Shown: in pieces, positions 43,836 through 52,052 of the stretch
How positions within the stretch are numbered: position 1 is the first letter of the stretch
Layout: each line of letters opens with the position of its first letter
Assembly (NCBI GenBank): GCA_964478755.1
Contig: CAYZJP010000004.1
Location: 16,738 to 80,737 of the forward strand
Source of the DNA: an uncultured Klebsiella sp.
Lineage (GTDB): Bacteria > Verrucomicrobiota > Verrucomicrobiia > Limisphaerales > SXTU01
Reading direction: 5' to 3'
Length of the DNA: 64,000 nucleotides
Notes under the pieces: model-generated
What the model saw: only the letters and a program-made list of their open reading frames with translations
What the model was told of the DNA's origin: nothing
The model's database searches: none
Position numbers and translations under genes: made by a program

Positions 43836-45311
43836 ATGCAACCACGCCGCACTGAAATCTTCCCGCGCCGGGCTGGTGATGTCCTTGCCGCAGGCCTTTC
43901 CCTCGCCCTTCTCGCCGGTTGCGCCACCTACGAGCCGAACCCGCTCGTGCCCACGGAGACGGCGGCGGCTTTCGAGAAGCGCTCGCTTGAATCGCCGGAG
44001 CTGCGGAAGTTTATTGAAGAACAATTGGGGCGCGAGTTGAACGCCTGGCCCCCGGACGCGCAAGCACCGGGCTGGACGCTGAACTTGCTGACGCTGGCCG
44101 CTTACTACTACCAGCCTTCGCTCGACGTCGCCCGCGCGAACTGGGCGGAAACCCGCGCGGCGCTGATTACCGCCGGCGGCCGGCCAAATCCAATCGTCGG
44201 CATTCAGCCCGGATACAATTTCAACCCCGCCGCCGGCGCGCTTTCGCCGTGGATTCCCGGCGCCACGATTGACTTGCCGATTGAAACCGCTGGCAAACGT
44301 GGGTATCGCGTGACGCACGCCCGTCAGCTTGCCGCGGCCGCCCGCTGGCAACTCGCTGGCGTCGCGTGGCAGGTGCGCGCAGGCGTCCGCGACGCCTTAC
44401 TTAATTTCAGCGACGCGATGCGGCGCGAGGAATTGCTGGGCGAACAATTTCGTCTGCAGGAACAGTGGGTCGCGCGCTTGCAGCAGCGCGTCGAGGCGGG
44501 CGCGATTCCGCGCGCCGATGTCACGCCCGCGAAGATTACCTTGGAAAAGCTGCGGCTCGAAGTCGCCGGCCTGCGCCAGCTCAAGGGCGAATCCACTGTG
44601 CGACTCGCCGAGGCCGTCGGCATTTCTGTCGCCGCTTTGAATCAAGCAAAAGGCATCGCGCTCGCCTGGAACTTCCCTGTGGCGACAAAACTCACCTCCG
44701 AGGCCGCGCGCCAGCGTGCCTTAACGCATCGCACCGATGTCGCCGCCACGCTCGCCGAATACGAGGCCGCGCAGACCGCGCTCCAGCTTGAAATCGCCAA
44801 GCAATATCCCGACGTGCATCTTGGCACGGGCTACCAGTGGGATCAGGGCGAAAGCAAATGGTCGTTCCCCAACCTCTCCGCCGAGCTGCCCTTGCTCAAC
44901 CGCAATCAGGGTCCCATCGCCGAAGCGCAAGCGCGCCGCGCCACGGCCGCCGTGCGCGTGGAAGCGGCGCAGGCCAAGGCCATCACGGAAATTGATGCCG
45001 CGCTGGCGGCGCACCAAGCCGCGCGTGGACGGCTCGGCACGATGGAGCTTTTGGCCGCCGAGCAGGAAAAACAGGCGGCCGCCATCGAGGCGCAGGCCCG
45101 CGCCGGCGCGTTGGACGGACTCGACTTGATCTCCGCGAAGATTGAGCTGGCGCAACTTCATCTCGCACAATGGGACGCCGGGGTGAAGGCGTTGCAAGCG
45201 GCGGGCCGCCTCGAGGACGCGCTGCAAACGCCACTCGAATCGGAATCCACCGCCGCGGCACCGGGCAACTTCATCGAGACAAATCCGCGCACCCAAAAGC
45301 AGCAGCCATGA
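43836..45311 (+). CDS. TolC/CzcC-family outer-membrane efflux protein
   Basis: It has a lipobox (LLAGC) and two OEP repeats with the typical coiled helices. It is first in the operon with the MFP and CzcA-like pump. Confidence 0.8.
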   Translation: MQPRRTEIFPRRAGDVLAAGLSLALLAGCATYEPNPLVPTETAAAFEKRSLESPELRKFIEEQLGRELNAWPPDAQAPGWTLNLLTLAAYYYQPSLDVARANWAETRAALITAGGRPNPIVGIQPGYNFNPAAGALSPWIPGATIDLPIETAGKRGYRVTHARQLAAAARWQLAGVAWQVRAGVRDALLNFSDAMRREELLGEQFRLQEQWVARLQQRVEAGAIPRADVTPAKITLEKLRLEVAGLRQLKGESTVRLAEAVGISVAALNQAKGIALAWNFPVATKLTSEAARQRALTHRTDVAATLAEYEAAQTALQLEIAKQYPDVHLGTGYQWDQGESKWSFPNLSAELPLLNRNQGPIAEAQARRATAAVRVEAAQAKAITEIDAALAAHQAARGRLGTMELLAAEQEKQAAAIEAQARAGALDGLDLISAKIELAQLHLAQWDAGVKALQAAGRLEDALQTPLESESTAAAPGNFIETNPRTQKQQP

Positions 45312-46576
45312 ACGCGATCAAACTCATCCTGTTCGCAACTTGCCTCGCGCTCGCCGCGTGCAAGCCACCCGAAAACACGCCTGCCGAAAAGAAAGAGCCG
45401 GAGAAGTCGTCGCCCGTCTCGCACAACGACAAGGGCGAGACGGTCATCAAACTCGATGCCGAAGCATTGAAGCGCGCCGACGTGAAGACGGAGCCGCTCG
45501 CGGCGGCGGACTTCAGCCCGGAGACGAAGGGCTTTGGTCGCGTGCTCGACCCAGCTCCACTCGTCGCGCTCGTGAGCGAACTCGCCGCAGCGCATTTGAC
45601 CGTCGAAAATTCGCGCCGCGAACTCGAACTCGCGCACAAGCGCCGCGAGAGCGAACTCGCCCTTGCCCGCGCCACGTTGAAACTCGACGAGGACACTGTG
45701 CGACTCACCAAAGCGCAGAGCGCGGCAGAACTCGCCGCCGCCGAGGCCGCGGTGAAAGCATCGTCGCTCGAACTCGAACGCACGAGGACGCTCGCCAAGC
45801 AGAACAACGTCTCCGAACGCGCGCTTCAAGCCGCCGAAGCCACCGCGACGAAGGACAAGGTGGGCATTGAAACCGCGAAGCTCGGCGGCGCACGTGCGAC
45901 TGGCGCTGCTGAACTCGCCGCGCAGAAGGACCGCCTGCAGCTCGACCTCGCTGACGCCACGACTGCACGTGTTGTGCAGACTGCGGAAGCCGCGGTTCAG
46001 CGCGATGAAGTCGCCGCCGGAGCCACGCGTGCGAAGCTCGCCACGGCTTACGGGCGGATGCTCCTCGACCACCCGAACCTCGTCGAGTTCGCGCACTCGC
46101 TCGTCGCCGGCCAGACCGCACTCGTGCGGTTGGACGTGCCCGCCGGCGAACCGCTCAAGGCTGCGCCGCTCGGCGCGAAGCTCATCGCGCCGTCGGACGC
46201 AGGCGAAGTCATCGCCGCGCAGTTGCTCGGTCCGGCGACAACCTCGGACGCGCAGACACAAGGACAAGGTTTTCTCCTGCTCGTGAAATCAGAAGCCGCC
46301 CGGCTCGCCGCTGGCACGATGATTACGGGCTTTCTCCGATTGCCCGGCGAGCTGGAGCACGGCGTCACCGTGCCGCGCGCGGCGATTGTGCGCCACGAAG
46401 GCGAGGCGTTCATCTACATCGCGACCAAGGACGACGAGTTCACGAAGAAAGAAATCGAGCTGGAGCACGCGACCGAGGCCGGATGGTTCGTTCGCGAGGG
46501 CTTGAAGGTCGGAGAGAAAATCGTCGTCGTCGGCGCGCAGCAACTGTTGTCTGAGGAATCGAAAGGAAAGGACTAA
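45308..46576 (+). CDS. efflux RND periplasmic adaptor (CzcB/CusB-like)
   Basis: The ATG overlaps the upstream stop (ATGA). It has a lipobox (LALAAC), a long alpha-hairpin, and a beta-barrel C-terminus. Confidence 0.8.
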   Translation: MNAIKLILFATCLALAACKPPENTPAEKKEPEKSSPVSHNDKGETVIKLDAEALKRADVKTEPLAAADFSPETKGFGRVLDPAPLVALVSELAAAHLTVENSRRELELAHKRRESELALARATLKLDEDTVRLTKAQSAAELAAAEAAVKASSLELERTRTLAKQNNVSERALQAAEATATKDKVGIETAKLGGARATGAAELAAQKDRLQLDLADATTARVVQTAEAAVQRDEVAAGATRAKLATAYGRMLLDHPNLVEFAHSLVAGQTALVRLDVPAGEPLKAAPLGAKLIAPSDAGEVIAAQLLGPATTSDAQTQGQGFLLLVKSEAARLAAGTMITGFLRLPGELEHGVTVPRAAIVRHEGEAFIYIATKDDEFTKKEIELEHATEAGWFVREGLKVGEKIVVVGAQQLLSEESKGKD

Positions 46577-46599
46577 TCAGGAAAGCAGGAAGGCAGGAA
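46575..46599. repeat. left inverted repeat of the GxxExxY cassette (AATCAGGAAAGCAGGAAGGCAGGAA)
   Basis: It matches the reverse complement of 47020-47044 at 23 of 25 nt. Internally it consists of 8-nt CAGGAARG units. It begins inside the czcB TAA stop. Confidence 0.8.
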
Positions 46600-46621
46600 T
46601 GGAAACAGTAACTGAAACGAC

Positions 46622-47008
46622 ATGATGCTGGAGCACGAGGAACTGACGGGGAAGATTATTGCGGCGGCGATTCGGGTTCACAAGGAACTCGGACCGGGCT
46701 TCGTCGAGTCCATCTACGAGGAGGCGATGGCGATTGAACTAACGGCGTCAGGCATTCCGTTCGAGCGGCAGAAGTTGATTCGCGTGCTCTACAGCGGCCA
46801 GCCTGTCGGAGAGCATCGGCTGGACTTGCTCGTGGACAAACTCATCGTAGTCGAGCTGAAAGCCGTGAGTGAACTGCCAGACGTGTTCTTCGCGCGCACT
46901 CGTTCCTATCTCAAGGCGTTGGATCTGAACCACGGCCTGATCTTGAACTTCGCCACCATGCCGCTCACAATCAAACGTGTCCACCGCGAGCCATCCCACA
47001 ACGCCTGA
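46622..47008 (+). CDS. GxxExxY protein (PD-(D/E)XK nuclease-like, PDDEXK_3)
   Basis: It is 128 aa with GPGFVESIYEEA (the G-x-x-E-x-x-Y motif) and DLLVD...VVELK (D...ExK). Confidence 0.85.
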   Translation: MMLEHEELTGKIIAAAIRVHKELGPGFVESIYEEAMAIELTASGIPFERQKLIRVLYSGQPVGEHRLDLLVDKLIVVELKAVSELPDVFFARTRSYLKALDLNHGLILNFATMPLTIKRVHREPSHNA

Positions 47009-47019
47009 ATGAATTCCTT

Positions 47020-47044
47020 TTCCTGCCTTCCTGCCCTCCTGATT
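47020..47044. repeat. right inverted repeat of the GxxExxY cassette
   Basis: The sequence is TTCCTGCCTTCCTGCCCTCCTGATT. A further CCTTCCTGATTC copy (47072-47083) abuts the czcA ATG. Confidence 0.8.
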
Positions 47045-47083
47045 CAGTCCGCATTTGTTCCCGACTTCGCGCCTTCCTGATTC

Positions 47084-50000
47084 ATGCTTTCCCGCATCGT
47101 CAGCTTCTCCCTTCGGCATCGCGGCATCGTGGTCGCGCTCGCCTGCTTGCTGCTCGGCTACGGCCTCTACGTCGCGCGGCACGCGAAGCTCGATGTGTTT
47201 CCCGATTTCGTGCCGCCGCAGGTCACGGTGCAGGCCGAGGCGCCGGGCATGACGCCCGAGCAGGTCGAGGCGCTCGTCACGCGCCCCATCGAGACCGCTG
47301 TCAACGGCCTCGGCTATCTTGAGTCGCTGCGCAGCGAATCCATTCAGGGCGTCTCGGTGGTGACGGTCGTGTTCAAGGAAGGCACGGACATCCTTCCCGC
47401 GCGGCAGTTGCTCGCGGAGAAGCTCGGCACGGTGGCGGCGCAACTGCCCGCCGGCGTTACCGCGCCGACGATGTCGCCGCTCGTGTCGTCCACGATGGAT
47501 TTGCTCAAGGTCGGCCTCGTCTCGGAAAAACTTTCGCCGATGGAACTGCGCACGTTTGCGGACTGGACGCTCAAGCCGCGCCTGCTCTCGGTGCCGGGCG
47601 TCACGCGCTGCATCACGTTCGGCGGCGAAGTGCGGCAGTTGCAAGTGCAGGTGAAGCCCGACCGGCTCATCGCGCATGACCTCGGCTTGCAGGACGTTCT
47701 CGCCGCCGCGCGGCTCGCGACGGGCGTGCGCGGCGCGGGCTTCGTCGAGACGCAGAACCAGCGCATCCTCATCCAGACCGAGGGGCAGGCGCTCACGCCG
47801 GTGGTGCTCAGCGAAGTTGTCGTCACGCACAAGGACGGCGTGCCCGTGCGGCTCAAGGACGTGGCGAACGTCGTCGAGGGCGCGGAGCCGAAATTCGGCG
47901 ACTTCATCGTGCAGGGCAAACCCGGCGTGCTGCTCGCGCTGGCGAGCCAGTTCGGCGCGAACACGCTCGACGCGACGCACGAACTCGAAGCTGCGCTCGA
48001 AGAAATGAAGCCCGTCTTCGAGCGCGAAGGCATCACGGTATTCCCCGCGCTGCACCGGCCCGCGACGTTCATCGAGGAGTCGCTCAAGAGCATTAAGCAC
48101 TCGCTCCTGCTTGGCGGCGTGCTCGTGGCAGTCGTGCTGTTCGTCTTCCTCGGCCACTTCCGCACGGCGTTCATCTCGGTCACGGCGATTCCGCTGTCGC
48201 TGCTTGGAGCCATCGTGGTGCTCGACAAGTTCGGCGTGACACTCAACACCATCACGCTCGGCGGCCTCGCCATCGCCATCGGCGAAGTCGTGGATGACGC
48301 GATCATTGACGTGGAAAACATCTTCCGCCGGCTGCGGGAGAACCAGCTCGCCGCCGCGCCGCGCCCGATGTTCGCGGTCATCCTCGGCGCCTCGCTCGAA
48401 GTCCGCACCGCCGTGGTCTATGCCACGTTCGTCGTCGCGCTCGTGTTCGTGCCGGTGCTCACGCTTACGGGATTGCAGGGGAAATTCTTCGCGCCACTCG
48501 CGCTCGCCTACATCATCGCCATCATGGCGTCGTTGCTGGTCGCGCTCACGCTCACGCCGGCGCTGGCGTTCCTCATGTTCGGACGCGGCGTGCGCGAGGC
48601 GAAGGAGCCTTGGCTGCAGGCGCGGCTCAAGCGCCTCTACCTCGCGGCGCTCGGGCGCATCGCGAAATCACCGGGCGTCGTCATCGCACTGGTCGTGCTC
48701 GTGGTCGCGGCGGCGGCGTTCAAGCTGCCGGGCATGGGCAAGGAATTTCTGCCCGAGTTCCGCGAAGGCCATTTCGTGCTGCAAGTTTCCGCCGCGCCCG
48801 GCACGTCGCTCGCGGAAATGCTGCGCATCGGCAAAAACATCTCCGAGGAACTGCTCAAGGACGCGCACATCGCGACGGTCGAGCAGCAGGTCGGCCGCGC
48901 GTCGCAGGGTGAAGACACGTGGAGTCCGCACCGCTGCGAGTTCCACGTCGAGCTGAAGCCCGGCACGCCCGGCGAGGAGCAGGAAGTTTTGATGAAGGAG
49001 ATTCGTGAGCTGCTGGGCAAGTATCCTGGCATCCAGTTCGAGGTGCTGACCTTCCTCGGCGACCGCATCAGCGAAAGCATCTCCGGCGAGACCGCCGCCG
49101 TGGTGGTGAACGTCTTCGGCGATGACCTCGAGGCGATTGACAAGGGCGCGGGCGACATCGCGAAGCTGCTGGAGAAAATTCCTGGCGCGAAGGACGTGCA
49201 GATGAAGTCCCCGCCCGGCGGCCCGCGCCTCGCGGTGAAGCTCCTGCCCGAGCGGCTCACGCGCTACGGCTTCCGGCCCCTCGAGGTGCTCGAAGGCGTG
49301 CAGGCGGCGTATCAGGGCGTCGTCGTCGCGCAGTCGTATCGCGGCAACCAGGTCGCGGACGTCGCGGTGATTCTCGCGGGCGCGGCGCAGACGGAGCCGG
49401 AGTTGGTGGGCGGCCTGATGCTCCGCAACTCCGCCGGCCTGCGCCTGCCGCTGCGCGAACTCGCCGAGGTCCGTTCCGCGACCGGCCGCGCGCTCATCTC
49501 GCACGAGGGCGCGCGCCGCCGCCAGACCGTGACCTGCAACGTCGCGCGGCCTGACCAAGACCCGCACGGCCGCGATGTCGCGAGCTTCGTCGCCGACGCC
49601 AAGCGTCAGGTGGAGGCCAAGGTGAAGTTCCCGCGTGGCGTGTATCCGCAATTCGCCGGCGAGGCCGAGGCGCGCGAGAAGGCCCAGCAACAAATCCTCC
49701 TGCACTCCGCCATCGCCGCCGTGGGCATCCTGCTGCTGCTCTCCGTCGTCTTCAAGACCGCCCGCAACCTCCTGCTCGTGCTGGCCAACGTCCCCTTCGC
49801 CCTCGTCGGCGGCGCCCTGTTCGTCGTGCTCGCCGGGCTGTTCGACGCCGATGCGGGCGCGTTGAACATCGGCTCGCTCGTCGGCTTCGTCACCCTCTTC
49901 GGCATCACCATGCGCAACAGCATCATGATGATCTCGCACTACGAACACCTCGTGGTGGAGGAAGGCATGCCGTGGGGTCTGGACTGCGCGCTGCGCGGCG

Positions 50001-50212
50001 CGGGCGAACGCCTCGTGCCCATCCTGATGACCGCGCTCGTCACCGGCCTCGGCCTGCTGCCGCTCGCGATCCACAGCGGCGAGGCCGGCGCGGAAATCGA
50101 AGGCCCGATGGCCATCGTCATCCTCGGCGGCCTCGTCACCTCCACGGCGCTTAACCTCCTCGTCCTCCCGACGCTGGCGCTCAAGTTCGGGCGCTTCGCG
50201 AAGCCTGCTTAG
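47084..50212 (+). CDS. CusA/CzcA-family heavy-metal efflux RND pump
   Basis: It is 1042 aa. The N-terminus is MLSRIVSFSLRHRGIVVALA, and GEVVDDAIIDVENIF and the typical HME-RND organisation are present. Confidence 0.92.
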   Translation: MLSRIVSFSLRHRGIVVALACLLLGYGLYVARHAKLDVFPDFVPPQVTVQAEAPGMTPEQVEALVTRPIETAVNGLGYLESLRSESIQGVSVVTVVFKEGTDILPARQLLAEKLGTVAAQLPAGVTAPTMSPLVSSTMDLLKVGLVSEKLSPMELRTFADWTLKPRLLSVPGVTRCITFGGEVRQLQVQVKPDRLIAHDLGLQDVLAAARLATGVRGAGFVETQNQRILIQTEGQALTPVVLSEVVVTHKDGVPVRLKDVANVVEGAEPKFGDFIVQGKPGVLLALASQFGANTLDATHELEAALEEMKPVFEREGITVFPALHRPATFIEESLKSIKHSLLLGGVLVAVVLFVFLGHFRTAFISVTAIPLSLLGAIVVLDKFGVTLNTITLGGLAIAIGEVVDDAIIDVENIFRRLRENQLAAAPRPMFAVILGASLEVRTAVVYATFVVALVFVPVLTLTGLQGKFFAPLALAYIIAIMASLLVALTLTPALAFLMFGRGVREAKEPWLQARLKRLYLAALGRIAKSPGVVIALVVLVVAAAAFKLPGMGKEFLPEFREGHFVLQVSAAPGTSLAEMLRIGKNISEELLKDAHIATVEQQVGRASQGEDTWSPHRCEFHVELKPGTPGEEQEVLMKEIRELLGKYPGIQFEVLTFLGDRISESISGETAAVVVNVFGDDLEAIDKGAGDIAKLLEKIPGAKDVQMKSPPGGPRLAVKLLPERLTRYGFRPLEVLEGVQAAYQGVVVAQSYRGNQVADVAVILAGAAQTEPELVGGLMLRNSAGLRLPLRELAEVRSATGRALISHEGARRRQTVTCNVARPDQDPHGRDVASFVADAKRQVEAKVKFPRGVYPQFAGEAEAREKAQQQILLHSAIAAVGILLLLSVVFKTARNLLLVLANVPFALVGGALFVVLAGLFDADAGALNIGSLVGFVTLFGITMRNSIMMISHYEHLVVEEGMPWGLDCALRGAGERLVPILMTALVTGLGLLPLAIHSGEAGAEIEGPMAIVILGGLVTSTALNLLVLPTLALKFGRFAKPA

Positions 50213-50240
50213 GACGGCTGCGTTTGAAACGGCGCACCGC

Positions 50241-50503
50241 ATGAGCCACACCCCGCCAGAGCGCGACGCCGACTCCCCCGCACCGGGCGGCGCTGGCAAA
50301 GCCTTCGTGCGCCTCCTCGCCTGGCCATGCTCGCGCTCGTGCTGTATGTGATGAGCATCGGCCCGGCGATGTTGCTGATCAGGCACGGTTATCTGCGGGA
50401 AGAGACGTTAGAACCCCTTTACCACCCGCTATGGTTTCTGCCAGACGGCCTGACACGAATGATAGCAGCCTACGCCAACCTTTGGGCACCTTTTCCTCCC
50501 TGA
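50241..50503 (+). pseudogene. frameshifted paralog of the 33081..33341 small membrane ORF
   Basis: Frame 1 gives MSHTPPERDADSPAPGGAGKAFVRLLAWP..., stopping at 50351. Frame 2, from 50327, gives MLALVLYVMSIGPA...YANLWAP. Together they align along the whole 86-aa paralog. Confidence 0.6.
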
Positions 50504-50585
50504 CCCTCGGACGCAGCTCACTGGCTTGCCGGGGCAACTCTGGTTGGCGTTCCCGTTCCAGCGTCGGAGGCGCGTCAGATAGTAG

Positions 50586-50800
50586 CCCCGGGCGTAAGCC
50601 CGGGGTAACCGATGGAAACCAGCCAGCCCCAGCGGGGCGATAGAACCCTCTGCCGCCCCGCTGGGGCTGGGTTGGGCAACGCAGCCCACCCACGGCTCAC
50701 GCCGTGGGCTACTTTCTACCGGTGCTCCGCACCTGTGCCCGCCCGGACCACGACTGGCCTTTGTGACATCTGTGACCTACCCTCCGTGCGGCGGAGGGTC
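50586..50800. repeat. REP-like hairpin cluster
   Basis: Hairpins are CCCCGGGCGTAAGCCCGGGG, a 16-nt perfect inverted repeat (CAGCCCCAGCGGGGCG at 50624-50639 and 50654-50669), CCCACGGC..GCCGTGGG, and CCCTCCG..CGGAGGG. Confidence 0.75.
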
Positions 50801-50996
50801 ACCCACCGTCCATCGCTGCCCCACCCACACGCGGTCTGTGCCATACCCTCGTCTGTGCTGAGACTCACCCTCAGCCGCACTGAATGCCTCAGTTGCCGTG
50901 GCTTCGCCTGCCAGCCAATGCCACCGGGCGACGCCGATGAGGTCGTAATGGTGGTGGCGCGAGGCGCAGCATGACCGGAAGGTCTGGCGGAGAAAC

Positions 50997-51932
50997 TCAG
51001 GGCAGCGAAAAATAATCCACCGCCTGGTAGCGCCCGTCCACGAGCTTGGCGATTTGCATGAGCACGTCGTTGACGAGCGTGCTCGCGCCGAAGCGGAAGA
51101 GGTCGGGCGTGAGCCAGTCGTCGCCGAGGGTTTCCTTCACCATCACGAGATAGGCGAGGGCTTGCTTGCTGGTGCGGATGCCGCCGGCGGGCTTCATGCC
51201 GATGCGCACGCCGGTGGCGAAGAAGTGGTCGCGGATGGCCTCCAGCATCACGAGCGTGACGGGCATGGTGGCGGCGGGCGTGACCTTGCCGGTGCTGGTC
51301 TTGATGAAGTCCGCGCCAGCCTCCATCGCGATCTGGCTCGCGAGGCGGACGTTGTCGTAGGTGACGAGTTCGCCGGTCTCGAAGATGACCTTCAGGTGAG
51401 CGGGGCCGCAGGCTTCTTTCGTCGCGGCGATTTCGTCGTGGACCCGCGCGTGATCGCCGGTGAGGAAGGCGCAGCGGTCAATGACCATGTCGATTTCATC
51501 CGCGCCATCGGCCACGGCGCGGCGGACTTCGGCGAGCTTCGTGGGCAGAGGATACTGGCCGCTGGGGAAGCCAGTGGCGACGGCGGCGACTTTCACCGGC
51601 GAGTTCACGCCGAGGAATTTGTGCGCGTGCTTCACCATGTTCGGATACACGCACACGGCGGCGCAGGACGGCACGTCGAGGCGCGGCTCGGCGGGCGCGA
51701 GGGCCTTGCGGCAGAGGAAGGCAACTTTGCCCGGCGTGTCTTTGCCTTCGAGCGTCGTGAGGTCCATCATGCTGACAGCCATTTTGAGGCCGGCGAGCTT
51801 GGCGGAGGTCTTGATGCTGCGCTTGGCAAAGCTGGCCGCGCGCTCCTCGGCCATGATCTGGTCCACTGTCGGCACGACAGGGACGCGGAACGTGGAACGC
51901 GGCGCGCGGAACGGGATGGTGAGCGCTTTCAT
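50997..51932 (-). CDS. deoC: deoxyribose-phosphate aldolase (long, DERA-like form)
   Basis: Motifs are DLTTLEG, VCVYP, DEIDMVI, LKVIFETGEL and FIKTSTGK (the Schiff-base Lys). The ATG is at 51932. The longer track ORF is an artefact. Confidence 0.88.
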   Translation of the reverse strand: MKALTIPFRAPRSTFRVPVVPTVDQIMAEERAASFAKRSIKTSAKLAGLKMAVSMMDLTTLEGKDTPGKVAFLCRKALAPAEPRLDVPSCAAVCVYPNMVKHAHKFLGVNSPVKVAAVATGFPSGQYPLPTKLAEVRRAVADGADEIDMVIDRCAFLTGDHARVHDEIAATKEACGPAHLKVIFETGELVTYDNVRLASQIAMEAGADFIKTSTGKVTPAATMPVTLVMLEAIRDHFFATGVRIGMKPAGGIRTSKQALAYLVMVKETLGDDWLTPDLFRFGASTLVNDVLMQIAKLVDGRYQAVDYFSLP

Positions 51933-52052
51933 GTCGGTAGAATAACGACGGCGCGGAACCAGCCCAAGCTCAAATCCCATTTTGAACCCAAAGCCACCGT
52001 GCCACCGCAGGAACTGCTGGACGATTCGCTCGCGCTTCTCTCCAATCCCGCC

